The notes under the pieces: generated by a model
The model's input: the letters and a program-made list of their open reading frames with translations, nothing else
What the model was told of the DNA's origin: nothing
Database searches by the model: none
Program-made: the position numbers and the translations under genes
Shown here: positions 44,677 through 56,200 of the stretch, piece by piece
How positions within the stretch are numbered: position 1 is the stretch's first letter
Layout: each line of letters opens with the position of its first letter
Virus record (IMG/VR): IMGVR_UViG_3300034107_001363
Span: 1-64,000 of that record
Origin: a virus
Direction: 5' to 3' (one strand)
Length of the DNA stretch: 64,000 nucleotides

Positions 44677-45798
44677 ATGGCTGAAAACGAAATTATTACG
44701 CCCAAGGAGAACCTGAAGGCCAATACGGTTGCCGACACCCGGGCCATTGCGGCCAAGCGTGGGGCCATCAATGCCGAGCGGCAGGCAATGCAGACAGAGC
44801 GTTCGTTGCAGCGGAAATACCGCCGTGCTGTGCGCAATGACGACTTTGGAGGAGCTGCGGACATCAGCAAACTGCTTGCCCAGACCGGTGGAAGCACGGT
44901 GGGTCCGGTGATCCGCCAAGCAGAAGAGGAGAGGGCGGTGGCTGGCCAACGTGCCATCGACCGGGCCGACCAGCAGAACAAGATCCGGGCCGGCGGAACC
45001 GCTGCCTTGATGCCCGGTGACCAGCGTCCGGTGGAACCCGATCCGGCTAACCCTCCAGCAGCGGTCAATGCTGGCAACCAGCCGGGTGCTGACGAGGTGG
45101 CTGAACAGGCAACCGCCAATCCTGAAGCCAAACCTGGGGCGGGCAATGGCACCGCGTTGAAGGGTTCGCAGCGCGCCGCAAAAGGCGGCGGTAACCGAGC
45201 TGTTGGTGATCGAAATGAAGCTGCTGATTCTATCGAGGCTCAAGCAGCTGCTCCGGCAGCGCAAGCAGCTGAACCGCCTCCAAAAGCCTTTCAACCTGAC
45301 AGTCGCCAACGGTTCATCGGCGATTTGAGGAAAAGTGATTCTTTCAGCAAGAAAGATCCCAATGCAATTAACAAGGCCATTGAGCGTGGATCCCAATTCG
45401 GAATTTCCCGTGATCAAATTAAGGCCTTTTCAGAAGACCCCACTTCAGCAACACCCTCCTTACGAGCTCAAGCAGCCAAGGATGACCTAGCTCGGGAGGT
45501 CGAAGAAAACTGGAACAAGGAAGTGTCGGGCCGCGAAGCCGTGATCAGGAGCAAGGCGCTTGACCTCGACAACGGCTTCATGTCCGGCCCGGCGTTTGAT
45601 GAGCTCTACGGTAAGGCAAAGACCGAAATAAAAAACCTGAGGGAGCTGCAAATTCCAGGCTACGAACGGCCGGCATCCGGAGCTTCGAATGCCACGTCTT
45701 ACGTCAATCCAAAGATTGAGCGGGCCTTCAGCGTGTCGCGCGAACGTATTGCCAGTTCGGAACAACGCTTCGAGAAGATGCGGCAAATCCTTGCGTAA
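44677..45798 (+). CDS. Putative internal virion (ejection) protein
   Basis: 373 aa; Ala/Gln-rich helical; position. Confidence 0.55.
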   Translation: MAENEIITPKENLKANTVADTRAIAAKRGAINAERQAMQTERSLQRKYRRAVRNDDFGGAADISKLLAQTGGSTVGPVIRQAEEERAVAGQRAIDRADQQNKIRAGGTAALMPGDQRPVEPDPANPPAAVNAGNQPGADEVAEQATANPEAKPGAGNGTALKGSQRAAKGGGNRAVGDRNEAADSIEAQAAAPAAQAAEPPPKAFQPDSRQRFIGDLRKSDSFSKKDPNAINKAIERGSQFGISRDQIKAFSEDPTSATPSLRAQAAKDDLAREVEENWNKEVSGREAVIRSKALDLDNGFMSGPAFDELYGKAKTEIKNLRELQIPGYERPASGASNATSYVNPKIERAFSVSRERIASSEQRFEKMRQILA

Positions 45799-45804
45799 CC
45801 ATTC

Positions 45805-47262
45805 ATGAGCACTGACCAAGAACTTGCCGCAGCGTCTGCCGGTTTGACCAACAACCTGCCCGGGATGAACATCTTCGGGGCCGGCCGTTCGACCATGGCG
45901 GTGCTGCCGGAAATGATGCAGCTGGGCGAGGTGATGCGGATGCGCGCCGACCAGACCAAGGATGCCTATGCTATTCGGGGCTTAGACCGGGCTGAACAAT
46001 CGGCGTTTGCTGAAGCTGATGAGTTTGGAGCGTTTCAGGAGCACCTCAAGTCAACTGCTGGCATGAGCGATATTGATCGGGCAAAAGCCAATCAGAATGC
46101 TCTTATTTCCAATCCCAAATGGACCGCTAATCCGTTCATCAAAGACTCCCTCAGCCAACTGGATCAGTCGGGAGCTTCTTTGCTTTCTGCCCGCAAGAAT
46201 GAATTGGAGGTAAAGCAGGTTGAGCAAGGGATGTGGGCTGCCGGGATCGAGGAGTCAATGAGGGAAGAGGCGGTGAAAACGGCTCGGATCAACAGTCGCA
46301 CCGCCCTCAAGCAAGCGGAAGATGGAGCAGTTGAATATGACGCCAAAGTCGAGCAAGGCCAGTTCGACAACGCACTGTCTTTGAGCGAGGCCTTGCATTC
46401 TTCCGGAATGGGGCAGAAGGCCAAAGAGAGAGTGGCAGTGTTGGCCGACCGTTTTGGTGCTGATCCTGTTGATCAGGCCCGGGTCCGGGGGATCAGCAAG
46501 ATTGTCGGCTCGTTTAGCCGGGCCCCGGCGGTGGCGCGGGTCTACGCTGCAGAGTTGACTCCTTACCAAGAGGTTTACAACCAAATGAAGTCTGATGGTC
46601 TTGCGGTGGATCCGACCGACCCGAACCAAACCCCTCAATCCATTGCGGCCAGTTTTGATCAGGCCATGTCCAATGTAGGGAAAACTGGCGCGCGGTTAGA
46701 GGATCAAAGCAAGATGTTGGCTAGGATTACCGAAGCCAAGGCGGCGATGATGGTGCTGGCTAATCATGTTAGCCTGGCTAATACCGCCGAAGCGGAATTT
46801 GTCGCCGGGTTGGAAGAGAAGATGAAGGACTCCTCCCCCGGAGGGAAACAGGCGTTGCGCGAGTTTACCGTGGAGTGGGGAGTGAAAGCGGGCGAGTTCA
46901 GCGGGATCTACAAGCAGCAGATGGAGGAACATGCGCTGAAGCTAAAAACCGAAGAGGAACAGCTCAAGCAGGATGACGTCCGCTCAAAAATTGCGGCTCG
47001 GGTCTCCGGAGCCACTGCAGCCGAAGCCCGAATTGTGCTTCAGGAATACGGTTTCGTATTTAAGGCTTCTCAGAACAAGTCGGCTCAAATCGCTTCGGTG
47101 CTCAAAGCCATTCTTCCCGACGAGATTTCCGAGGAAGATGGCGTAATCGACATTGAGGCTTACGAACAGAAGGCTAGGGAGATCGTTGAAGCCAATGACG
47201 CTACCCCGCTGGTTCCTGACGTTTCGAAGAAGCTTCCCGGCACCAACGACGCTCTCGACTAA
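45805..47262 (+). CDS. Putative internal virion (ejection) protein
   Basis: 485 aa; helical; precedes the giant ORF. Confidence 0.55.
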   Translation: MSTDQELAAASAGLTNNLPGMNIFGAGRSTMAVLPEMMQLGEVMRMRADQTKDAYAIRGLDRAEQSAFAEADEFGAFQEHLKSTAGMSDIDRAKANQNALISNPKWTANPFIKDSLSQLDQSGASLLSARKNELEVKQVEQGMWAAGIEESMREEAVKTARINSRTALKQAEDGAVEYDAKVEQGQFDNALSLSEALHSSGMGQKAKERVAVLADRFGADPVDQARVRGISKIVGSFSRAPAVARVYAAELTPYQEVYNQMKSDGLAVDPTDPNQTPQSIAASFDQAMSNVGKTGARLEDQSKMLARITEAKAAMMVLANHVSLANTAEAEFVAGLEEKMKDSSPGGKQALREFTVEWGVKAGEFSGIYKQQMEEHALKLKTEEEQLKQDDVRSKIAARVSGATAAEARIVLQEYGFVFKASQNKSAQIASVLKAILPDEISEEDGVIDIEAYEQKAREIVEANDATPLVPDVSKKLPGTNDALD

Positions 47263-47280
47263 TTTCCGATCACTCTCATC

Positions 47281-50200
47281 ATGGATTTTTCCAACCTGAC
47301 CCGTCTCGCTCCGCCTAAGTCGCTTTTCACCAAGGAACCAGAAGTTCCGGAAGTGCCAGAAGAAGAGCAAGAGGAACTCGACCTGAAGCGGCCGGAGACC
47401 TACTTGCTTTCATCGAAATGGGTCAATGCCAAGTCCGTTGAGGAGCGGGTGGCGTTGGTCGACAGGATTGCTTTGAAGCAACTGGAAGCACTGGAAGCTG
47501 ATAAGGAGGGCACCATCGAGATGGAGGTCTACCGCAAGGAAGCCGACGGCAGCCGGTCGGGCAAGCCGGTGCGCGACCAAGTAAAGACCTATGGTCCGGA
47601 TGGGTTATTGAGCCGGCAGTCGCTTGAGTTCCTTGAGCAAAGCCGCCAAACCCTTCTTCAGGCTGCTCAGGATCCGGACGGCGGGGTTCGCCTCAACGGT
47701 TTTTCCGGCAAGCTGGAGGCATCCAACTGGATTGACCAGGCGGTGCGTGGCAATCGGGCTCCGGTTGAAGACGATCCGTCTCTCAAGCCTTACGACGAAT
47801 TCATCAAGGACCAGTCGGTGTTGGCAACCGAAGAAACCAAGCCCGATTTCTCGTGGGAGAAATACACCAAGTGGAGCAACGACCGCCAGACCGACCCCTC
47901 CAAGCAGGTTGACCCAAAAGACGAAAAGCAAAAGAGGAAGTTTGATGAGCATGTCGGATGGGCGACCTACGACCCGACCAGCATGGGGCCCGACAAGGTG
48001 ATTGACACCTTCAACGGTCGGGTGACGGTCAATCCGACCAACTTGTTTGAGTATGACCAAGCTGAGCGGGAGCTTACCGAGCGCACTGATTTGACTCCTG
48101 CCGCCAAGAAGCTGGCTTGGATGGACTACGAAGCCAAAGTCAACCAGCACATCATGGACGGGGTCAACCTGTTTGCTTCGGCGGATGCTGGAGTGGAGTT
48201 TTTGTTTGGTGATTTTGTTTCTTCTGCGGAAGGCCTCGCAATGGAGGAAAAGATCAAAGGGTGGAGTGATGAGGACAAACAGGCGTTTCGGCAGGAGCAA
48301 GCGGCTAAATTCAGCGGACGGATGGGACTCGGAGCAAAGCCTTTGATCAACGAGCTGGAAGCTCATCTTGAGGCAGGAGGGTCCGGCATCGACTTTTTGC
48401 GCGCCAACAAAGAGCGCATGAGTCGGGATTCGTATGGTCCAGTTAGCGAGTTGGCCGCCAAGACCCGTGACGCGTTTCTGGCAACCGGTGGCGGAATCAA
48501 CTGGGCGATCGGTCATTACGTTAACCAAGCGCCCGGCGTTGGGACCATGTTTCGCATGGCGACGGGAACTGATGGCACCGAGTTTAGCCGTCCAGCCCAA
48601 GAGTGGGGAATCTTGGCCGAGGAAACAGCACAGGCCTATCGCAATCCTGAATATAATTTGCTGATCACTAAGGTCAACCGCCGTGACCTCACCTCATTGG
48701 GCGGACAGCTTGCTTCGTTTATCGGGTTGGGAAGCTTGGGGATAGCAGCAACTAAGGGAGCAACTTTGAGTGCGGCGAAAGCGGCTTTGGCCCAAGGCAC
48801 CGCGATGGCAACCGCGAGCACGGCGACACGGCTGGCGACGGCTACTGGCGGTCGTCTTGGCCCGAAGACAGCAGCTTTTTTGGTTGAGACGGCAACAGAC
48901 GCCACTGCTTATCTTGGTGCCATCCAAGCGTCAGGGATGTCGTTTGGCGGAACTCATGACGCGATTCTCAAAAAGACCGGCGACGCGAAGGAAGCCTACC
49001 GGGTGGCTTCGATTGACGCCGTGGCTGACGGACTTGGAGCACTCATTGCCACCTCGGTGATGAACCGGGTCGCACCCGGAGCGGAACGGTTGTTTGGTCT
49101 CCAACCTGGCAAGGCCGGTGGTTCGTTGGTTCAGCGCTTTCGCGCAACCCGGGCGAATACCGTTGGCGCCAGTGGTTTGGCAGACATCAAGAATAGCTTG
49201 AGCAAGCTTCATCCAAAACTTGGCAAGCAGTTTGCCAAGGACATGAAGGCTGCGATTCGCCACGAAGCTGCCCAAAAGGGTCTTCGTGGTTTTGGGGTGT
49301 TCAAGTCAATGGGAGCGGAAGGAATCGAGGAGTTCTCCGACGAAGCGATTTCCGACGTGATCAAAATGATTATCGATGACTCCAAAAGCTGGTCAGCCGG
49401 CGACTGGGGCAACATCCACGACAACTTCCGCGACTATTTGAAGGCCGGTGTGTTGGGGATGATCGGCGGGGCAGTGGGCGACGCCAAGGCAATGGCCTCA
49501 TCGGGCTGGAAAGCAACCGTTGGCAACGACGATAAACGCAAGGCTGAAATCAAGCGGGCCGTCACCGACCGGTGGGCATTTATCAAGGCCGATGTGGCAG
49601 GGGCAATGGCTGACAAGGACACCGTCAATCCGATTTACGACGGCACGGATCCGGATGCGTTGAAGCTGGCTGCGGTGCTGGCGTCAGACGATCCGAAGTT
49701 CGATTTGAAATACAAGTCGCGGATGCTGGTGGCGGCAGCCCGCAAGGGGGCGGCGAGGCCGTTCAGCGAAGCGGTCGAGAATGCTCAAGAAGATGGTCAG
49801 AAGCCGTCCAAGCGCACTTCGGCTGTCACTACTCCGGCGACGGGCTCAGCGAGTCCTGTGGTGCCTTCTGGGGGCTCTAGTATTGAAGAAGCGAGGCAAG
49901 CGGCGGTGCTTGGTGTTTCCAAAGCTCCCGCAGGCACCCGGGCCAGGCAGAAAATCGAGGTTGAGGAGTTGCCTGCGGTGACGTTGCCCAACGGCAGCAC
50001 CTTGACCCCGTTGAAAATTGGCGGGGTGGGAGCGGCTGGAGCGCGGCTTTTGGTAGCGGGGCCGGACGGTAGTGTCACGGTCAGCTACCTCGATGCGACC
50101 GAAGCTGCGGCGCTGGTAGGCACGACCGACAAGAAGCTGCGCAAGGAGTTCGAGCAGACCGCCAAGGACCAGCAGCAGGAACTGGCCGGAGGCAAATTCA

Positions 50201-53200
50201 GCGACGCATGGACCGAGGCTGAGAAAAAGACGGATAGCAAAGCGGCGCAGAAGCAGGCTGAAGTGAAGCCTGCTGACCGGCTCAAGGCCGCAGCGGCCGT
50301 GAAGCTCAAGCGCAAGCCGCCCGCCCTAGGCACTTCAAAAGAGCGCTTTGAAAAAGCCCAGCCGCCGAAAGAGGTAATCAAGAACAAGCCCGTCAATTCG
50401 ATGGGCGAGGCCACTCACAATTACAGGACCAAGAAAGGCATCCTTGAGTCGGTGACCACCATTCTCGGAAAGTCCCGCCGGTTCTTTTTTGACAAACAGA
50501 AAGCACTTGTTGCGGCAGTCAAGGGCACGGGGATGACCGTGCAGGAGAAGGCTGCCGAATGGGACGCCGATACCGAGGCTGGCACCTTGCTGCACGAGCA
50601 AGTGTCCGCGGTGTTGTCCGGCGGTAATCCGTCCAGCGATCCGTTGGTGACGAAAATTGTTGAACTGGTTCGGGAGAATGCAGCCGACGTTCCATTGTCG
50701 GAAGTGATCATCAGCAGCAAAACCTATGCGGGGTCCATCGACATCCTTGTGCCCCTGGCTGACGGAAGCTGGCTGTTGATGGACATCAAAACCCTCAAGG
50801 ACAACCCTCACGAGACCGGATCCAAGCCGTCTCTCCGTCATCGCGACAAGGGTTCCAAAATCGACGCATGGGCCATTCAGCTGCTGGCTTACAAGACGGC
50901 TCTTGAGGCTCGCGGCTTGGTGGTGAGCGAGATGAAAATCATCCCGGTTGACCGTGTCGGGCGGGAGGTTTTTGTCGACAGCGAGGGCAATGCGCTACTG
51001 GATGTGGCCCCTACTCCAGAGCAGGAGGAGTGGTTCAACGAAATTTTCCAGCAAGATGACACCGACCAAGGAGCCGACGATGTGGCAGTTGATGAGCAAG
51101 ATTCAGGTCCCAAGCCAAAAGGTGCTGGAGTGGATGCAGCTGCCAAAGTCGGAAGCGGTCAACAAGATGCAGGCAATCGGCCAGCTGGAGAAGAATCAGG
51201 CAGAGAGACTGCACCAGATGCTGCAGCCGAAGTAGCAAGGAGCAAAACTCCCTCCAAGGTGTTGCTACCAAAGGCAACCGAAAATGCTCCGCCACGTCCA
51301 CCACAAGAAGGTGGCCGGGAAGGGCGAGACGCACGTCAGGCGTGGGACGACCAGTATGCGTTCACCCACAACCCCGACGGCAGTCCGATTCAACCGACAC
51401 TCACAGAAGAAACGGTTCAAGCTGCTCAAAAAGCGGGCAAGCTCGCCACGGGAGATTCGCGGATTGATGCGTTAGGCGTGTTCGATCAAGCCGGGGTGGG
51501 AACAGCCGTTGAGCAGCTTCTCGATGCTGGGTGGAACTGGAACGGGCAGCGCATGGAGAACCCCGACGACCTGGCTGAAACCCCAGCCGTTGGGTTGCAG
51601 CGAATCCGTGCCGCCCGCGACAATGCTCAACAGGCACCTACACCGGCGGCACCTGCACCCGCAACCCCTTCAGTCTCCCCCCAAGCCCCCCTCGAACCCG
51701 CTGCCGAAGTAACCTACGAAGCGGTGAACGGCAACCGGCTTCCAGCCAAGGTTGTCGGGGTCAATCCCGATGGAACCTACCAAATAGATGTTCCAGGATT
51801 CGGCGAGTTGACCCGTGTCACTCGCAACCGGTTGGAACCAACCCCGACAACCAATGAAGAACAAAACCAAGTCGAAGTTCCGGTTGTGGAAGCTCCTGCT
51901 TCATCTGGCCTAACTGTTCCGAAGCTGGTGACCCGGTTACGCCTCTTGCACGGCATTGTGTTTGAGCCGAAAGCCAGAGACGCGGGTGCCCGTAACCTCA
52001 ACAACAAAGACCGCTATCCTGGCAATAACGACGTCTGGATGCAGGCAAACAACGGCGCGTTGTTCTTCCATCCGGACTTTCTCGAGAAGGTGTTGGCTAA
52101 CGACGAAATTTCCGACAAGGTGGGCTTCGTGGAAGCGACTGTTGAGGCGGTCCGCACTGGCACCGACATCCCGTTGATGCCCGAGCAAACCGAAGAGGTT
52201 ACGGTGGAAGAACAGACCGAGGAAGAGCAGGAAGCTGCCGCGGTGAAGGAGACCGAGGAAGTCAAAGCAGAGCTGGAGCAAGAGGAGACCAAGCTGGAAC
52301 AACTTCCGGACGATTCGACTGTCGATGAGGTTCGCGAGGTGGCACCGCAGCTGGTGGATACCGCGACGTTGGCTGCCCTCAATGCTTCCGACCGCGAGTC
52401 GTTCCTGACTTGGCTCAAGGGATTCTCCAAAGGCCTCTCTCGTTTCGGCGACAAGATTTGGCGTGCTGCCAAGGGGATGGCAGTTGCACTGGCCGGCATC
52501 TCGGTAGCTCCTCAAGCGACCAACCATGAAATTGCTTCGGTGGCTCAGGTTTCCCCTGAACTGGTTGAGGTGGTTAGCGGTAGTTTGCCTAACTGGGCAA
52601 CCCCTTCCGACGTCTCCATTGAGGCGGAGTTTTCCGATGGCACCCTGCCGCTGCCTCTCAACGAAACTGACAATGTGGCGGCGCTGGATGTCAGCACCTT
52701 GCCTCAACCGGCTTTGGTCAGCATCGATGTGCCTCAGCCTCGTCAGGTCATCAAAGATGTGCAGGCGCCGAAGGTTGGCAGCGTGGAAGCGACCCAGTCG
52801 CTTATCGATGAAATGAACCTTGGCAACGTAGGCACGACTCTTCCCGGCGGTTTGGCCAAGTGGTGGCTGAAGCAAGGCAAGAATCCGGCGGTCAATGCGG
52901 CAGCTGCCTTGCTGGGAGAACACGAGAAAGGTTCATCCCGAATCAAGTCGATGCTGGTGAGCATGGGGGTTTCTGAAAATCCCTCGTCCTTCCCGTGGTG
53001 CAGCGCTTTTCTTTCGTGGAGCCTGAACCAAGCTGGACTCAAGACCAAGACCATGTCGTCACGGGCTTTTCTTGGTCTCGGCCAGAAAACCACTGCTCCT
53101 GCCTATGGTGACGTGGTGGTTCTGTGGAATGATAATCCAGCTACCGGCGGCAAGGATGGCTGGGGTGGACACACTGGGTTTTACCTCGGCGAGACCGATA

Positions 53201-56200
53201 CTCATGTGATTGTGCTCAGTGGCAATTCGGGCGACTCGGTAGATGTTTCGGCTTTTGTCAAAACCCGTGTTCTTGGCTATCGAGCTTTTGGCAACACACC
53301 GGGATTGCTCGCTTCTCGCGGACGGCCGAAGCGCCGGGCTCGTTCCCGTCGGTCCTTGCCGCCGTTGAAGGGATTGGCGGGGGGGCCTGCTCAGCCGGCT
53401 CCAGCGGTTCGCAAGATCAGGAACTTGTCTGTCACCGAAGCGGAACTGACGGAGGAATCGGCGGAAGGCAAGTGGCAGCAAAAGGGGAACGACTACCTTT
53501 TCACCCCGGCCAAGGGCAAGATGGTGCGGCTTGCTCCGGGCGAAGTAGTGCAAATCGCCGGTAGCGACGACTTGTTGTTTCTCTACTCGGTCGGCGACGG
53601 GGTGTGGCAGTTCAAGCGGATCAATCCGGAAAAGCTCTCCGAGATGTGGAGCGACGGCAATACTCGGGTCAAGGTTGGCCATTTGCAGCAGGAATGGGCG
53701 AGGACTCGGTTGGACCAGACTGCGGCCGATGTCGAAGGCTTGCTCGACGACTTGCTTGGCTCGGACGCCGCACCCAAAGCCAAGCTGATCACCGGGCTGC
53801 GCAAGCTGCTGCGGAAGGTAATGGCGGAAGTTGCTCCTAATGCTGATCCAGTTGCTCCTGATGGTGATCCGTTTGTCGAGGTGAAACTGGAAGGCGACGA
53901 TTTCATCCAGGCTCGCATTGAAACGGTGCTGGTTGAAAGTTCCCAAGAAACCAAAGAGAAACTAGGAAAGGAGTTGGCTAGGCTTGAAGCGAACCCGGAG
54001 TTGCAGCAACTAAAGGATGAAATCAAAAGGATTCTCGGGAGTTTGCCTAAGCATGATGACCCAGGCCGCATGGCGGCTGAAGCTCCGCTAAAACCACTTC
54101 AGGATCGCTTGAAAGCCCTTGAGCTTGAAATCAATAAAGTCAAAACCGCCATCAGTCGGACGATTAAGCGTATTGAAACTGAAGCTGATTATTACGGTGA
54201 AGCTGCAGTTAAGACCATGGAGGTGGACTTGGTCAATTTGGTGGCCAAGCTGCGCCGCGAGCTGGGAGGGGTAATGCTGGCCAACGACGAGACTCGCGCC
54301 CATGCTGCGCTCGAGGTGGCGCGCCTGCTGGCCAAGTGGGTCGACGAAGAGCAAATCCACTTCCTTACTTTTGACGAAAAGCGTTTCCCGCGACTTGAGG
54401 TGGAGGGCATGGTCGGAGCTATTTTCAAAGACGTGAAGCATCCGTTCCGGCCAATGCTGCTGGAGACGCTGGACGAGCGTTTTCCAGACCGTTCGCTGGA
54501 TGAGGCCGATGACACTTTCCTCGACGACGACAACGGGTTTTACACCCTTGGCGCCGAGTTGCTGCGGAAGATGCTTCAAAAACAACTCACTGGCACGACT
54601 TCGGAGGATGCGGTTGCTCAAGCAAACTACTTGGCTGCTGCAATGGCTGCTGACTTGCGCGCTGGCAAGATGACCAGCAAGGGCAAGCCGTCGCTGTTAC
54701 AGACCATTGGGGCTTTGCTGCGGCGCTACAGTGAGCGGATGCGTTCGATCCTTGGGATGCGTTGGGCCGTCGGCCAGTTGCCGGAAGGTCAATATCGTCT
54801 GTTCCACCGCCTGATGCAGGACTACCGCAAGGCCAACTTGCGCGGCGACGTCGATCTGGCGCGCGAGAAGCTGGTGATTGCCACTGCCACCCGCTTGCAG
54901 CTGCACAGTTCGGACATGGAGGAGCGGCTCAACAAGATCGGCCGCAAGCACACCGAGGGCCTTGAGCAGATCAAGCGTTTGCCCAAGGTGCTGCTGGACA
55001 TCGGTCAGGAGGATTTCCTTGTCCTTAATGCCGAGGGTGAGCTGACGTTGCACGAAGAGGTTGAGAAGTTCATCAATCGCAATCCTGACAAGTTCAGCCA
55101 CTCGCTCATTTACGACGCCTTAGAAGCGATGCAGTCGGAAGATGGTTACCAAGCCGCTTGGATGGACGCCGCGCTTGCTAGGAATGCCTTGGAGGCCCGG
55201 GAATTGGCCTTCGACTTTAACCCCGCCGAGTTGTTTGGTGATTCGTCGACTTTTGACCCTGAATCTGCCGTCGGCAAGATCATCGCTGGTTCGCCGCAAG
55301 CTGCTTACAATCCGCTGGTGCGGATGCGCCGCGACGAGCTGGCCGCGATGGACAAGCAAATCGAAGACCGTGCGGCTGGCTTGGTGGTGTCGGAACTCGA
55401 ACGAGTTGAGAATCTTGATCCTTCCGATAAGAAAGATCAGCGGGGTTTGATCAAGTTGGCGGGAGCGCTTGGCGTGATGCCGGCTTCACTCCCTTCGTCC
55501 AATGAAGATTTCGCCAGGCTAAAGGAACAAATTGCTGTTCACATGGAGGTGATGTTCGAGCAGGGCGGTCCTCGTCCGTGGGAAGGCAATTACGACCCAG
55601 CTTCTGGCCGCTTGGATGGCGCGGTGTATGGGGGGCCGTTACCGTCCGGTTCGTGGTCGATGGGGGACGAAACAGCTGAGGCTCAGCCGTCTATTTTCAG
55701 GCAAGAGCAGGAAGCTTTGGCCGCGTTGCGCGAGCAGCGGTCCCGCAAAGCCGACGACCTACTTATCCTGCAAGGGGTGCTTCAACGCGACGCCAACGGC
55801 CAGATTGTTTCCGGACCGACCACCGAGGAAGTGCCTGAAACCGACCGCACTGGGGCTTTGTGGCAACTTAACAGGGAACAACGCCGGAACGCCGAAGTGC
55901 TGCGGATCCGTGACCGGATGCGTCAAGCCGAGAAGGACGTCGACATGGTGGAAGCCGAGCGGCGCTACGCTCAACTGGTCGACTACCTCGAAGCGCTGGA
56001 TGAATACAATCGACGGGTCACCCACATGAAGCGGCGGGCAATCGGCGACTTTTACGACTGGGAGAAATCTGACTATGGCCTGTTTTGGCAGGACACTCGG
56101 GTCGACAGCGAGAAAGCCGAGGATCCCCGTATGTGGGATAAGAGCGACCCGGCGCCGGTAGCTATGACCGCTAGCGACGTGTTTGGTTACCAAGCGCTGC

